From assembly GCA_949288035.1 (NCBI GenBank), contig CASEIJ010000031.1, positions 13,929-77,928 on the forward strand: 64,000 nucleotides of DNA. The letters run 5' to 3'. This stretch comes from an uncultured Mycoplasmatota bacterium. Lineage in GTDB: Bacteria > Bacillota_I > Bacilli_A > RF39 > UBA660. Below, in pieces: positions 1-10,936 of this stretch; within the stretch, counting starts at the first letter, position 1; every line of letters begins with the position of its first letter. The notes beneath the pieces are model-generated. The model worked only from the letters and a program-made list of their open reading frames with translations. It was not told where the DNA came from and made no database searches. The position numbers were made by a program, and so were the translations under genes.

Positions 1-90
1 TAAAAAAAGAGTGGAAGAGAAAATACATAAGTTCAGTGTTGAATCTGAATTCTTATTTTAGAATATTCTCTTTCACCCATAATAAATCTT

Positions 91-717
91 CTATGGATTT
101 ATTGATATTAAATCTCCCATTACCAATTGGATAAAATATAGAATAACATTTATATTCTTTTCCATTGATTTTTTTATGAATTCTTTTTTCCGACATTGTG
201 AAACTGATATTTTTTCGTTAAGAAAAACTGTACTAACTTGGTTTTCAAATAAAATGATTACTTTAGGATTTACTATTTCTATCTCTTTCTCTAACAAACT
301 TAAGTATTGTTTATATACTTCGTTTTGAATAGGCCTAGCATCAAGTTGTGTACATTTACCTAAATTCGTGATAAAGATTTTATTTTTTTTCACTTTGTTA
401 TATACTTTTTCAGCAAATTCTTCATCCCATTCACTTGCTTTTTTATTCTTAATTACATGATATATGTCAATATCAAATAGATTCGTTACAACAAATAAGT
501 CCCAAATGTTTTTTGTTCCAATCCATGGGGCTCTAATACCATTCCAAGACGGATTTGAAGCAATATTTTTTGATGTTGGGTTCATAAAAACGAAGCAAAT
601 GTCTGGATTTTTATCACATCCACCAAAGTTAATTGATTTTAATGATTGATTTCCATAAACTTGTTGCATCTTCTCATATTCCTTTTTTAATTCTTCTAAG
701 CACATATCCGCCGCCAA
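91..717 (-). CDS. Uracil-DNA glycosylase superfamily protein (UDG/MUG-like)
   Basis: 208-aa ORF. Motif 'ICFVFMNPTSKN' resembles the MUG/UDG 'VFCGINPG' glycosylase motif. Family membership not verifiable without a search. Confidence 0.4.
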   Translation of the reverse strand: MAADMCLEELKKEYEKMQQVYGNQSLKSINFGGCDKNPDICFVFMNPTSKNIASNPSWNGIRAPWIGTKNIWDLFVVTNLFDIDIYHVIKNKKASEWDEEFAEKVYNKVKKNKIFITNLGKCTQLDARPIQNEVYKQYLSLLEKEIEIVNPKVIILFENQVSTVFLNEKISVSQCRKKEFIKKSMEKNINVILYFIQLVMGDLISINP

Positions 718-897
718 AATAACTTCTTTTCATACACATTATATCACACATCAGACTTTGCTTGGAATTACGTATAAAATTGAATGAGGTAATCAATTTC
801 TTATTGCTTTTATGAGTTCTTTGCAATCCAATCTGATTCAGAAGGCTCATTTGAAGAAAGAAGGTTAAATTTTTTTAGCTCTGTCATATCTCTGTCA

Positions 898-1893
898 TTA
901 CTCTGTCAATTTATATTTTTTATTGGGCGATTTTTCATTATTGTCAGTAGTTTCAATTTTCTTATCTTGAAGAAATTTTCTTAAAATTCTTCTGACTGTA
1001 CTGTCAGATAGTTCTGTTTGTTCAATAATATCTTTGGCTCCAATTATAACGTTTTTCTTAATGCATTCTAATACTTTTTGTTCGTTTTCAGAAAGCAATA
1101 ACATAGATTTGTCTTTCATTTCTTTTGAATTATTCATTTCGTCTATTGTATCGTTTATCATTTTTAGCATAAACTCTATAAATTCTGTTGAGTTCCCAGC
1201 ATTATTGCAATTTTGAATAGCAGTATAATATTTTTCTTGATTTTTCTTTATCATACTTTCAATAGGTAAATAAGTAAATGCTTTTTCCCAATGTGAAAGA
1301 ATTGCAGTTTGCCATAATCTGGCTGTTCTTCCATTTCCATCGTGAAATGGGTGTATAAATACAAATTCATAATGGAATATAGAAGATAAAATTAAAGGAT
1401 TTATTTCATCTTTAACCTCATTCATCCAATGAAATAGGTTATCCATTAAACTAGGTACTAATCTATGTGGTGGGCATGTAAAAATACATATATCTCCATC
1501 ATAAACACCTTCGCCATGATTTCTAAATTTACCTGCATCTTTTTCAATTAAAAAAGTTAGAGTTCCGTGTATTTTCTTTAAATCTTCTACAGAATATGGA
1601 TTTACTTTATCAATTTGCTCATAAGCATTATAAGCATTTTTCACTTCTTGAATATCTTTTTGTTCTCCAATTACAGGTTTTCCATTAATTACATCTTCAA
1701 CTTGAAATAATGATAATTGGTTATTTTCTATTGCTAAAGATGAATGTATTGACTTTATTCTTGATTTTCTTCTCAATTCTGGGTATCTATTTAGACTTTC
1801 AAAATAATTTGCTTCTCCAATTTTTTTCATTATATCTGACACATAATTTAACATTTTGTCGGTTATTGTGTATGGTGGGTATTTTACTTCCAT
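898..1893 (-). CDS. Fic family protein (class II, with intramolecular inhibitory motif)
   Basis: Fic active-site motif HPFHDGNGRTARLW. An upstream 'SLAIEN' fits the (S/T)xxxE(G/N) inhibitory helix. Basic C-terminus is HTH-like. Confidence 0.85.
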   Translation of the reverse strand: MEVKYPPYTITDKMLNYVSDIMKKIGEANYFESLNRYPELRRKSRIKSIHSSLAIENNQLSLFQVEDVINGKPVIGEQKDIQEVKNAYNAYEQIDKVNPYSVEDLKKIHGTLTFLIEKDAGKFRNHGEGVYDGDICIFTCPPHRLVPSLMDNLFHWMNEVKDEINPLILSSIFHYEFVFIHPFHDGNGRTARLWQTAILSHWEKAFTYLPIESMIKKNQEKYYTAIQNCNNAGNSTEFIEFMLKMINDTIDEMNNSKEMKDKSMLLLSENEQKVLECIKKNVIIGAKDIIEQTELSDSTVRRILRKFLQDKKIETTDNNEKSPNKKYKLTE

Positions 1894-2252
1894 TTGAAAC
1901 CTCCAATCATATATTTATTATATCACAAACTTTTTTAATATAACACAGGCTATTATTACTTTGAAGAACATTGTGATGATAAATGAGTTACTAAAGCTTC
2001 TGATTATTTAGATGTGTTTATAAAAGATAAATTATCAAATATATAGTAGATATATATTGATAAAGGTATTGACCATGGCGTAGGTTGGTGATAATATTTA
2101 TATTGATTGGTACTTATGAAACTTTCGAAGCTCCGAGCCAAATTTATATGTATTTGATATCACATTGATATAAAAACATTTAAAAGTACGATAGACAAAG
2201 AAAGAGTTTTAAATTCTTTCTTTTTTTTGATATACTAATACTAGGTGAGAGT

Positions 2253-4445
2253 ATGAAACAAGTGATTTTGAAAATCGGGGGAATGAGTTGTAGTGCTTGT
2301 TCTAATGGTTTAGAAAAATATTTAAATAAACAAGATAAAATAGAGAGTGCAACGGTGAATTTAGTACTCGCTCAAGCTAAGATTGTATATGATGATACAC
2401 TATCTATTTCTGATATCGAACAGATGGTAAAAGATTCTGGATTTGAAAGTTTAGGAGTCTATGATCCGAAAAAAGATGACAAAGAACAGAAAATTTCTAA
2501 ATCATTTTATATCTTTTTAGTTCTAGCACTCATTCTTTTATATATTTCTATGGCTCCAATGATTGGAATTCCAACTATAACATATTTGAATATGGCTTCC
2601 TATCCGAAAGTATATGGAATTGCTTTATTATTACTTACTATTCCATTTCTATGTTATGGAAAAGATTTATTTCAAAGTGGTATTAAAAATTTTATGTATC
2701 GTACCCCAAACATGGATACATTGGTAACAATTGGCGTTTTTAGTGGTTTTTTATATAGCTGTTACAGCTTATTACAAGTGTTTTTAGGAAACATGAGTGC
2801 AGTTCATCATCTTTATTTTGAATCATCTGCTATCGTTATTTTCTTTGTCAAAATGGGACGATTATTAGATGAGAAAAGTAAAGCCAAAACAAAAGAGGCG
2901 ATTCAAGAATTAGTTCAAATTACACCGGAAAAAGCAATACTTTTAACAGAACAAGGGGAGAAAGAAGTAACGATTGATGAAGTAAAAGTAGGTGATATCT
3001 TAATTGTTAAACCAGGAATGAAATTAGCTGTTGATGGCATTGTTATAAAAGGTAAATCTCATGTCGATGAATCATTTGTGACAGGAGAATCAAAACCAGT
3101 CACAAAAGAAAAAGGAAGTTCTGTTGTGGCTGGAAGTATGAACTATGATGGATATTTAGAATATGAAGCAAAACGGATTGGGAAAGATTCGACGATATCA
3201 GAAATTGTCAACTTAGTGATCGATGCAACCAATACCAAAGCCCCCATTGCGCGCATTGCTGATACGATTAGTAGTTATTTTGTACCAACTATTATCATGA
3301 TCGCCATAGTAACACTATTTGGTTATTTACTACTTGGCTTTCCACTTTCTGAAGCCGTTATTTCTTTTGTAACTGTGTTGGTTGTCGCTTGTCCATGTGC
3401 TTTAGGCTTGGCAACGCCACTTGCGATTGTGGTTAGTATGGGCACAAGCGCCAAACAAGGAATTTTGATTAAGACGAGTGAAACATTAGAAAATGCTCAC
3501 AAAGTAGATAAGATTGTCTTTGACAAAACAGGAACATTAACTTATGGAAATTTACGTATTTCTCATATGGTTACCAATATGGATGAACAAGAACTTCTTT
3601 CCATGGTGGGAAGCTTAGAAGAAAAATCCACTCATCCGATTTGTAATGCCTTTCTTTTAGAGCTAGAACAGAAAAAGTTAAAGAAAAAAGTAGTAGAAAG
3701 CTTTCAAAATATCGCAGGAATTGGATTATATGGTGTGATTGATGGAAAAGAAATCTATGTTGGAAATCAAAAACTATTTTCTAAATTGAAAATAGAAGAG
3801 AAATATAAACAAGAAAAAGAAGCATGGACGATGGAAGGAAATAGCTTAATATATGTATTTATCAATCATGAAGTGGTTGCTTTATTTGGGGTATCAGATA
3901 TCGTACGTGAGGATGCAAAAGATACCGTTCAGACATTAAAAAACTATGGAAAAGAAGTTGTCATGTTGACTGGAGATGATCAAGTAACAGCTTCGGTGAT
4001 TGCCAAGAAGTTGGGAATTACCCATGTGATTGCAGGTGTTATGCCCAAAGAAAAAACGAAAATGATTCGCACGTGGAAAGAAAAGAACGAAAAAGTAATG
4101 ATGGTAGGAGACGGGATTAATGATGCACCATCTTTAAGTGCCGCAACAATTGGGGTTAGTATTCATAGTGGTACAGATATTGCTATGAATTCTGCAGATG
4201 TGATTTTAATGAGAGATGATTTACAAGGACTGGTAACACTTTTAAAAATCAGTAAGCAAACATATCACAATATCAAACAAAATTTATTTTGGGCATTTTT
4301 CTATAACAGTCTTATGATTCCAATTGCTATTGGTTTTCTAAAACCATTCGGTATTACCATGAATCCTATGTTAGCAGGACTTGCCATGACATTTAGTAGT
4401 TTGACTGTGATTTTAAATGCACTGCGTTTAAAACATATCAAATAG
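2253..4445 (+). CDS. copA: Copper-translocating P-type ATPase
   Basis: N-terminal HMA 'GMSCSACS', TM 'CPC', 'DKTGTLT' phosphorylation motif, 'GDGINDAP' hinge, 730 aa. Confidence 0.85.
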   Translation: MKQVILKIGGMSCSACSNGLEKYLNKQDKIESATVNLVLAQAKIVYDDTLSISDIEQMVKDSGFESLGVYDPKKDDKEQKISKSFYIFLVLALILLYISMAPMIGIPTITYLNMASYPKVYGIALLLLTIPFLCYGKDLFQSGIKNFMYRTPNMDTLVTIGVFSGFLYSCYSLLQVFLGNMSAVHHLYFESSAIVIFFVKMGRLLDEKSKAKTKEAIQELVQITPEKAILLTEQGEKEVTIDEVKVGDILIVKPGMKLAVDGIVIKGKSHVDESFVTGESKPVTKEKGSSVVAGSMNYDGYLEYEAKRIGKDSTISEIVNLVIDATNTKAPIARIADTISSYFVPTIIMIAIVTLFGYLLLGFPLSEAVISFVTVLVVACPCALGLATPLAIVVSMGTSAKQGILIKTSETLENAHKVDKIVFDKTGTLTYGNLRISHMVTNMDEQELLSMVGSLEEKSTHPICNAFLLELEQKKLKKKVVESFQNIAGIGLYGVIDGKEIYVGNQKLFSKLKIEEKYKQEKEAWTMEGNSLIYVFINHEVVALFGVSDIVREDAKDTVQTLKNYGKEVVMLTGDDQVTASVIAKKLGITHVIAGVMPKEKTKMIRTWKEKNEKVMMVGDGINDAPSLSAATIGVSIHSGTDIAMNSADVILMRDDLQGLVTLLKISKQTYHNIKQNLFWAFFYNSLMIPIAIGFLKPFGITMNPMLAGLAMTFSSLTVILNALRLKHIK

Positions 4446-4459
4446 AAAGAAGGAATAGA

Positions 4460-5149
4460 ATGATAAAATTAGTATTAGTAAGACATGGACAAAGTATTTG
4501 GAACTTAGAAAATCGCTTTACGGGATGGACAGATGTTCCATTATCAGAGCAAGGTGTAAAAGAAGCCAAAGAAGCAGGAATGATTTTAAAAGAACAAGGA
4601 TTTACATTTGATTTAGCGTTCACTTCTGTTTTAAAAAGAGCTGAAGATACACTAGACTATATTTTAAAAGAAATGAATTTAAGCAATATTGAAATTCGTC
4701 ACAGTTGGCGCTTAAATGAAAGACACTATGGAGCTTTACAAGGACTTAATAAAGATGATACAAAAAAGAAATATGGAGAAGAACAAGTAAAGTTATGGAG
4801 ACGTAGTGCGGATGTAAGGCCACCTGCTTTAACTAAAGAAGATGAACGTTATCCAGGACACGATCCAAAATATAAAGATTTAACAGACGAAGAATTACCA
4901 ACCACAGAGAATTTAATTGATACAATCAAACGTGTTATTATTTATTGGAATACAGATATCAAACAAGAATTGGAACAAGGAAAACAAGTTATCATTGTCG
5001 CTCATGGTAATAGTTTAAGAGGACTCATGAAGTATTTAGATAACATGAGTGATGAAGAAGTGATGAATTTAGAAATTGAAACGGGAAATCCTATTTGTTA
5101 TGAATTAAATGATGATTTAACACCAATTCGTCATTACTATTTAAAATAA
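4460..5149 (+). CDS. gpmA: 2,3-bisphosphoglycerate-dependent phosphoglycerate mutase
   Basis: '[18 protein letters not shown]' catalytic His motif, 229 aa. Followed by hairpin plus T-run. Confidence 0.9.
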   Translation: MIKLVLVRHGQSIWNLENRFTGWTDVPLSEQGVKEAKEAGMILKEQGFTFDLAFTSVLKRAEDTLDYILKEMNLSNIEIRHSWRLNERHYGALQGLNKDDTKKKYGEEQVKLWRRSADVRPPALTKEDERYPGHDPKYKDLTDEELPTTENLIDTIKRVIIYWNTDIKQELEQGKQVIIVAHGNSLRGLMKYLDNMSDEEVMNLEIETGNPICYELNDDLTPIRHYYLK

Positions 5150-5176
5150 GACACTTTATATAAAGTGTTTTTTTGT
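5150..5176 (+). terminator. Rho-independent terminator after gpmA
   Basis: 'acactttatataaagtgt' hairpin followed by a T7 run. Confidence 0.6.
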
Positions 5177-5211
5177 AATTATGTTATAATAAAGAAAAGT
5201 GAGGAATCAAG

Positions 5212-8200
5212 ATGGCTAAAAAAATTATGAGAAAAGAAGAGATAGTACGTGCTACTCGTAAATTTACAGATCGTGAACAACCACGACAAGTATTTTTTGA
5301 TAAATATGATGCATTAAAACAACAATTGCCAGATGTCGATGAGATTTATGTCATTACTTATTACGGGGTTGGAGGAATTGGAAAAAGTACACTTTTAAGA
5401 AAATTACAAGAAGAATTACAAGAAAAAGAGAAAAGCCCATATTATTTACACTATGACTTTGAAACAAGTCAAGATATGAAAACATCCTTGCAATTTATGA
5501 AAACAAAGTTAGAAAAAGATTACAAGTTTTCTTTTCACTTATTTGATCTTGCTCTTTATGCTTATTCTAATAAAATAGGGGATACTGTAGAGAAAAAAGA
5601 AGTACAGTCTTATGTAGAACAGAGTAGAACGCTAAGTTTTATCATGGATAGTATTGAAGATATTCCTTTGATTGGAATGGCATCTAAACTTGTGAAATTA
5701 GCAGATAGTGGGATTGCAGTATTAAAAAATATAACAAGTAATTATAAAAAAGAACTTTCTCAAATTGAACAAGATAGTGCTGAAGATATTTATCAAAATT
5801 TACCATATTATTTCTCTTTAGACTTAGAAGAAAATGTGAAGAAACTAAATCAACCACTTGTCATCTTTTTAGATACTTATGAGAAGTTAGTGAATGAAGT
5901 ACAAGATACTGGATATAGTATTTCTAAAGATTTATGGTTACGTGGAGAACGTGGACCGATTTTAAATGTTCCAGGAATTCTTTGGGTGATTGCCGGACGT
6001 GAAAAAATTAAATGGGGAGAAAGTGATAAAGATTGGGAAGATACATTAGATCAACATATCTTAGGAGATTTATCATGGAAAGATACACGTTCTTTTTTAA
6101 ACGAAGCAGGGATATCTGATGAAACACTTTGTAAAGAAATTTATGAATTAACACATGGAACACCTATTTACTTAGATATTTGTGTTAGTACCTATGAGAT
6201 TTTAAGTAGTCAAGGTCGTTCTATTACGATTGATGAATTTGGTAAGAATCCAGATGCTTTGATTGAACGATATATTCGTTATATGGATCATCAAAGTAGT
6301 GAAATGGTGTATTTACTCAGTCAAATTCCTTTATGGAATGATGACATGATTCACGAAGTAGGTCCTAAAATACTACCTGACTTTTCTTATGTTTTATATG
6401 AGAAAATAAAAAAGCTATCTTTTGTTTGTAACTTAGAAACATGGTCTTATATTCATAAAACCGTCAATGATGTTTTTAACGCGAACTGCCCTGAAATCAT
6501 AAGAAAAAAGAGTGTAGATATTTTATATCATTATTACTATGATTTCTTAGTAAATCATTCGCCAGTACATCCGAATTACTCTTATTACCTCGATGGTTTT
6601 TTACAAGTGAGTCTTGGTTATATTACGATGGAGAATGCCGAGGAAGTGTTAAACCATTGGAAAAAAATTCACGATATCTTGGATCATGCTTGTCTATATG
6701 AAAAAGATCATACTTTAATTCAAACGATTTATGAGAAATGGAATGACTCTTTTTCTCAAGTTGAGAATGGCTATCTCTTGAAGTTAATGCATGCATATAC
6801 TTTAAGAGATCGTAATCAAGAATTAGAACAGTTAGAAGAAGTATGGACAATGATCAAAGATAAAGAAATGAGTGATGTAACATTAGATGTAATTCAATCA
6901 CTTCGTGATCTTTATCAACAAGTTCATGTCAACCCTATGATAGCACGAGAAATTATCGATCGTTTAGAAACATCTAACCTCGATTCGGAAACGAAATATT
7001 ATTGGCTAGGTTTTTACTATTATTTGATTCATGATTTAGACTGTTGTAGTGAATGTTTTCAAATTATTTTATATGATAAAGATATTACGATTATCAAAAA
7101 AACACAAATACTTGGTTCCATCTCGATGATGATTCCATTATCCGAATTACGCGGTATACAGGGAAAAATATTGGAATTCGCAATTACTTATTCTGAAGAA
7201 ATTCAAAGTCAGAGAACAAAGTTATCTTTGCCAACAAGATTTCAATTTGATTTAAATATGGCAAGTTTGTTTTCCCATAATTCTTCTACCATCCATCTAG
7301 CACTTGATTATATCAATGATGCTGAAAAAATATACGAAGAAATATCGGATAGTAGTTTATATCATATTACAATGATTATATTAAAAATTGAAATTTTAAA
7401 AGAAATAGAACCGGAAAAAGTAAAAGCATATGCAGAAGAAAAACTACAGGCAATTATCAAAGAAGGAATGCCAGAACAATTAGATGACCAACTATTTGTA
7501 TTAAAACTTTATCATGCGAGTGAAATGACGAAAGAAGAAATTTCTTACGTAAAAGAACTGGCAAAAAAATATCAACATGATTTGGCAAGTTTCTATCAGA
7601 TTGTAAAAATTGCGATAGATGATGAACTCTTTGATATTTCGAATCCTTTGACAACGGAATTATTGGAGAAGGTAAAAAAAGAGGGAAAAGATGGTTTTAA
7701 AATATATGAAGATATCGTCTTAAATCTTGTTCCAATTGCTTATCAAGAAACATATAGAGATGAAATCATTGATACCTTTTATCAAACTTATAAAAAGGAA
7801 TATTTCAATCATCCTGATATACTTGCTCCTGTTCTTTATCGTTTGATGGATATTTATGCACAAGAACCCCTAAAAAAAGAGATTTATATGAAGGAATTAA
7901 TTCAACTTTACCATAGGAATCATCGACCAATGGAATGTGCAGAGGCTAGTATCTTATATGCAAAGTTTATAGGGGGTGCGGATTTAGAAAAAGCAATAGA
8001 ACTTACCACTGCTTCTATAGAAATATATGATACAGTCGACGGATACGATAGACAAAAACAAGAAGCGATGGTGTTACTAGGTGAACTTTATTTGAAAAAG
8101 GGGGAAGTAGAGAAAGCGATTCATGTATTAGATAAAGTGATTTCTAATTCTGATTATCCAGAATTTGGCGTTCAAGCTTTTAGATTAAAAGCAAAGTACA

Positions 8201-8961
8201 CAAAACCATCAGTAGAAACGATTCAATTGTTGCAAACGATGTATGAACAACATCAAAAGGCTTTTGGTAAGGGGAATGAGGAATCTTTAGAAGATCTCTA
8301 TTTATTAGCAAAACATACTTATTTATTAGATCAAAAAGATAAAGCAGTGAATTTGTTTCAAGATTTATTAGAAGATGCTTCTTATATCGATGGAAAAGCA
8401 AGTGAAAAATATTTGACATATTTTATTAAACTTGTCGATTTTCTCTCTGAACAAAAAGATTATAAAAGACAATGTCCACTTAGTAAAGAATTGTGCTTTA
8501 TTCTATTAGAACATGTACCAAATTCGGTTACAACCATCATAGATCAATTAACACAATATGGAGAAGCACTTGCTCATTTAAATGAAAAAGAAAAAGCTTA
8601 TCATATTATAGATATATTAAAACAGTATTTATCGGTACAGCCATCTAAGACAGAAGCAATTATTCTAGGAATGATTTCCATTGCGAATGGAATGGAAGAT
8701 TATGCAAACTGTCTTGATTATAGTAAAGAGTTATGTAATTACTATCGTGATAGTAAAGCACCAGAATCGGATTTTTATGAGGGATTAGATAGAGCTTCTA
8801 TCTTTCAACATTTATTAGGAAAATATGATTCTCATCTTTATGACATCGATAAAATCTTGTATGAATATTATATAAAACAAATGGATTTTGAATCGGCAGA
8901 AAATGTTATGATCCGTTTAGAACGCGATAAAAAATATTTAAAGGAAGAAAATAAAGGATAG
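5212..8961 (+). CDS. STAND-class P-loop NTPase (NB-ARC/NACHT-like) with C-terminal TPR/helical repeat region
   Basis: Walker A 'GVGGIGKSTLL' at residues ~53-63. Walker B-like 'LVIFLDTYE'. Sensor-1-like 'WVIAGRE'. GxP-like 'HGTPIYL'. About 850 aa of TPR-like helical repeats follow. Own promoter (tgttataat, 5183-5191) and own terminator. Confidence 0.7.
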   Translation: MAKKIMRKEEIVRATRKFTDREQPRQVFFDKYDALKQQLPDVDEIYVITYYGVGGIGKSTLLRKLQEELQEKEKSPYYLHYDFETSQDMKTSLQFMKTKLEKDYKFSFHLFDLALYAYSNKIGDTVEKKEVQSYVEQSRTLSFIMDSIEDIPLIGMASKLVKLADSGIAVLKNITSNYKKELSQIEQDSAEDIYQNLPYYFSLDLEENVKKLNQPLVIFLDTYEKLVNEVQDTGYSISKDLWLRGERGPILNVPGILWVIAGREKIKWGESDKDWEDTLDQHILGDLSWKDTRSFLNEAGISDETLCKEIYELTHGTPIYLDICVSTYEILSSQGRSITIDEFGKNPDALIERYIRYMDHQSSEMVYLLSQIPLWNDDMIHEVGPKILPDFSYVLYEKIKKLSFVCNLETWSYIHKTVNDVFNANCPEIIRKKSVDILYHYYYDFLVNHSPVHPNYSYYLDGFLQVSLGYITMENAEEVLNHWKKIHDILDHACLYEKDHTLIQTIYEKWNDSFSQVENGYLLKLMHAYTLRDRNQELEQLEEVWTMIKDKEMSDVTLDVIQSLRDLYQQVHVNPMIAREIIDRLETSNLDSETKYYWLGFYYYLIHDLDCCSECFQIILYDKDITIIKKTQILGSISMMIPLSELRGIQGKILEFAITYSEEIQSQRTKLSLPTRFQFDLNMASLFSHNSSTIHLALDYINDAEKIYEEISDSSLYHITMIILKIEILKEIEPEKVKAYAEEKLQAIIKEGMPEQLDDQLFVLKLYHASEMTKEEISYVKELAKKYQHDLASFYQIVKIAIDDELFDISNPLTTELLEKVKKEGKDGFKIYEDIVLNLVPIAYQETYRDEIIDTFYQTYKKEYFNHPDILAPVLYRLMDIYAQEPLKKEIYMKELIQLYHRNHRPMECAEASILYAKFIGGADLEKAIELTTASIEIYDTVDGYDRQKQEAMVLLGELYLKKGEVEKAIHVLDKVISNSDYPEFGVQAFRLKAKYTKPSVETIQLLQTMYEQHQKAFGKGNEESLEDLYLLAKHTYLLDQKDKAVNLFQDLLEDASYIDGKASEKYLTYFIKLVDFLSEQKDYKRQCPLSKELCFILLEHVPNSVTTIIDQLTQYGEALAHLNEKEKAYHIIDILKQYLSVQPSKTEAIILGMISIANGMEDYANCLDYSKELCNYYRDSKAPESDFYEGLDRASIFQHLLGKYDSHLYDIDKILYEYYIKQMDFESAENVMIRLERDKKYLKEENKG

Positions 8962-8980
8962 TCTTTTCTATCCTTTTTCC
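8956..8980 (+). terminator. Rho-independent terminator after STAND gene
   Basis: 'ggatagtcttttctatcc' hairpin plus 'ttttt'. Confidence 0.6.
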
Positions 8981-9033
8981 GTTGTAAAAACCATTGTTTT
9001 TTGATATGATAAAAAGGTAGAAAGTAGGAACTT

Positions 9034-10266
9034 ATGAGAAAGTATATATGGATCTTTTTTACGATTTTCTGTTTTTTTCCGGCTATTGTAATTGCTAGTG
9101 AAATACCTGAAGTTTCATCGGAAGCAGTTATTCTTTATCAGTTAAATGAAGATAAAGTAATCTATGAGAAAAATAGTGAAGAACAATTAGCACCCGCTAG
9201 TCTTACGAAAGTTATGACAACGTATGTCGCTTTAGAAAAAATCACGGATTTAGATCAAACAGTGACTCTAACAGATGAGATGTTTCAAGGACTTGTTGAG
9301 TCAAATGCCTCGGTTGCTGGTTTTTGTGTTGGAGAGACTGTGACATATCGTGATTTACTATATGGCTCTTTATTTCCTTCAGGAGGAGATGCGACCCAAG
9401 CCTTAGCCATTCTTCTATACGGTAATCAAGAAAACTTTGTTGCTAGGATGAATGAAAAAGCGGAAGAACTTGGTATGAAACAAACTCATTTTGAAAATGC
9501 GACAGGACTACCAGATGAGAATCATTATTCCACAGCTTCTGATATGGCATTACTTTTAAAGGAAGCACTTAAAAATAAAACGTTTTATGAATTATTTACA
9601 ACGGATGAATATACGACAAGTAATGGCAAACATACTTGGATTCCATCTTTTTTAAAAACGGCAAACACGTATGGTGTTTCTGTTGGTCCCATTTTAGGGG
9701 GAAAAACAGGATTTACCAATGAAGCTGGATACTGTTTAGCAAGTATCGCAACTTATGATGACGTCAATTACTTACTAGTTACATTACATGCTCCCACCGA
9801 TGGTAGTAGAGCAGGGGCTGTTATCAATAGTATGCGTATTTATAATTACTTTGGTACCAATTACGGATATCAAACCGTTGTTCAAAAAGATACACCTGTC
9901 TATACCGTAAAGACAAAGAAATATGCCGATAAAGATCAAGTTGCAGTGATACCACATGAAGCTATCTCATATTATTTACCAAATGATTTTCAAAAAGACC
10001 AATTAAAAATCTCTTATCAAGGTATAGAAGAAGCAACTTATGGAACTAAAAAAGGAAGTAAAGCAGGAACGGTTACATATGCTTATCAAGGTGAAACACT
10101 AGGTACAGTACCAGTTTATTTTTCACAAGATATTTCTTTTGATGGTGTGGCTTTTCTTACAATGAACTGGTATTGGATGGTTGGCGGATGTATTTTACTT
10201 GTTGTTATTTTGAAAATCACAAGAAAAAAACGCCGTAAAAAAAGACGTAAGAAACAGCGCAAATAA
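9034..10266 (+). CDS. D-alanyl-D-alanine carboxypeptidase (serine-type, PBP5-like)
   Basis: Signal peptide. 'SLTK' (SxxK), 'SGGD' (SxN-like) and 'KTGFT' (KTG) motifs. C-terminal TM helix plus poly-basic tail 'RKKRRKKRRKKQRK'. Confidence 0.8.
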   Translation: MRKYIWIFFTIFCFFPAIVIASEIPEVSSEAVILYQLNEDKVIYEKNSEEQLAPASLTKVMTTYVALEKITDLDQTVTLTDEMFQGLVESNASVAGFCVGETVTYRDLLYGSLFPSGGDATQALAILLYGNQENFVARMNEKAEELGMKQTHFENATGLPDENHYSTASDMALLLKEALKNKTFYELFTTDEYTTSNGKHTWIPSFLKTANTYGVSVGPILGGKTGFTNEAGYCLASIATYDDVNYLLVTLHAPTDGSRAGAVINSMRIYNYFGTNYGYQTVVQKDTPVYTVKTKKYADKDQVAVIPHEAISYYLPNDFQKDQLKISYQGIEEATYGTKKGSKAGTVTYAYQGETLGTVPVYFSQDISFDGVAFLTMNWYWMVGGCILLVVILKITRKKRRKKRRKKQRK

Positions 10267-10319
10267 TTGTTTGGATATAGAATTTGTGTTATACTAACAT
10301 GGAAAAAGAAGGGATTATT

Positions 10320-10922
10320 ATGAAATATTTAAATCGTATTTTAATTTTTTTATTCGTTGTCATAGATGCTTGGTATGTCTATGATCGATTAAGTCGTGGT
10401 GTTTATAATCGTTTAGAGATTGCTGCAGCTGTGATTCCAGTTTTACTAGGACCATGGTTGATTAAGAAAATCTTACATTATGAAATGTCAGAACCATTAA
10501 AATTTGTCTATTATTTATTTACATTTGCTTGTGTGATTTTAGGAAGTATTTTAAACTTATATAACATTCCAGAAACGATGTGGTTTGATAAAGTAACTCA
10601 TTTTATCTCAGGCTTTTTAACTTCTATCGTCGCTTTAATGTTGATTAAATATGGCAGGGTAACAGTAAAGAGCAAATGGTTTGTTCCAATCTTTATTATT
10701 ATATTTAGTATTGGAATTGCTGGATGTTGGGAATTTTTAGAGTATTTTATGGACATGATAACAGGAGGAGATACACAACATGTCTTAACAACTGGTGTCG
10801 ATGATTCCATGGGTGATATGTTAGTGGCAGCACTTGCCAGTATCATGTTTGCGATATATTATTACTATCAAGTATATTTCGCAAAAAAGAATCACATGGA
10901 AACATTAGTAGAACATTTATAG
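10320..10922 (+). CDS. Multi-pass membrane protein, unknown function
   Basis: About 6 predicted hydrophobic helices. Start chosen at ATG preceded by 'aaagaaggg'. Confidence 0.5.
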   Translation: MKYLNRILIFLFVVIDAWYVYDRLSRGVYNRLEIAAAVIPVLLGPWLIKKILHYEMSEPLKFVYYLFTFACVILGSILNLYNIPETMWFDKVTHFISGFLTSIVALMLIKYGRVTVKSKWFVPIFIIIFSIGIAGCWEFLEYFMDMITGGDTQHVLTTGVDDSMGDMLVAALASIMFAIYYYYQVYFAKKNHMETLVEHL

Positions 10923-10936
10923 AAAAGAGGCAGTAT

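Noticed and set aside
6623-8419. Antisense ORFs (6623-6850, 7457-7654, 8180-8419) inside the STAND gene
   Set aside because: They overlap a long, well-supported coding frame on the opposite strand, have no RBS, and are of AT-rich codon composition. These are spurious ORFs.
10200-10266. Poly-basic RKKRRKKRRKKQRK tail as a repeat or possible sequencing artefact
   Set aside because: It is in-frame and follows a C-terminal membrane anchor. It is plausible as a cytoplasmic basic anchor tail, not a DNA-level repeat of interest.
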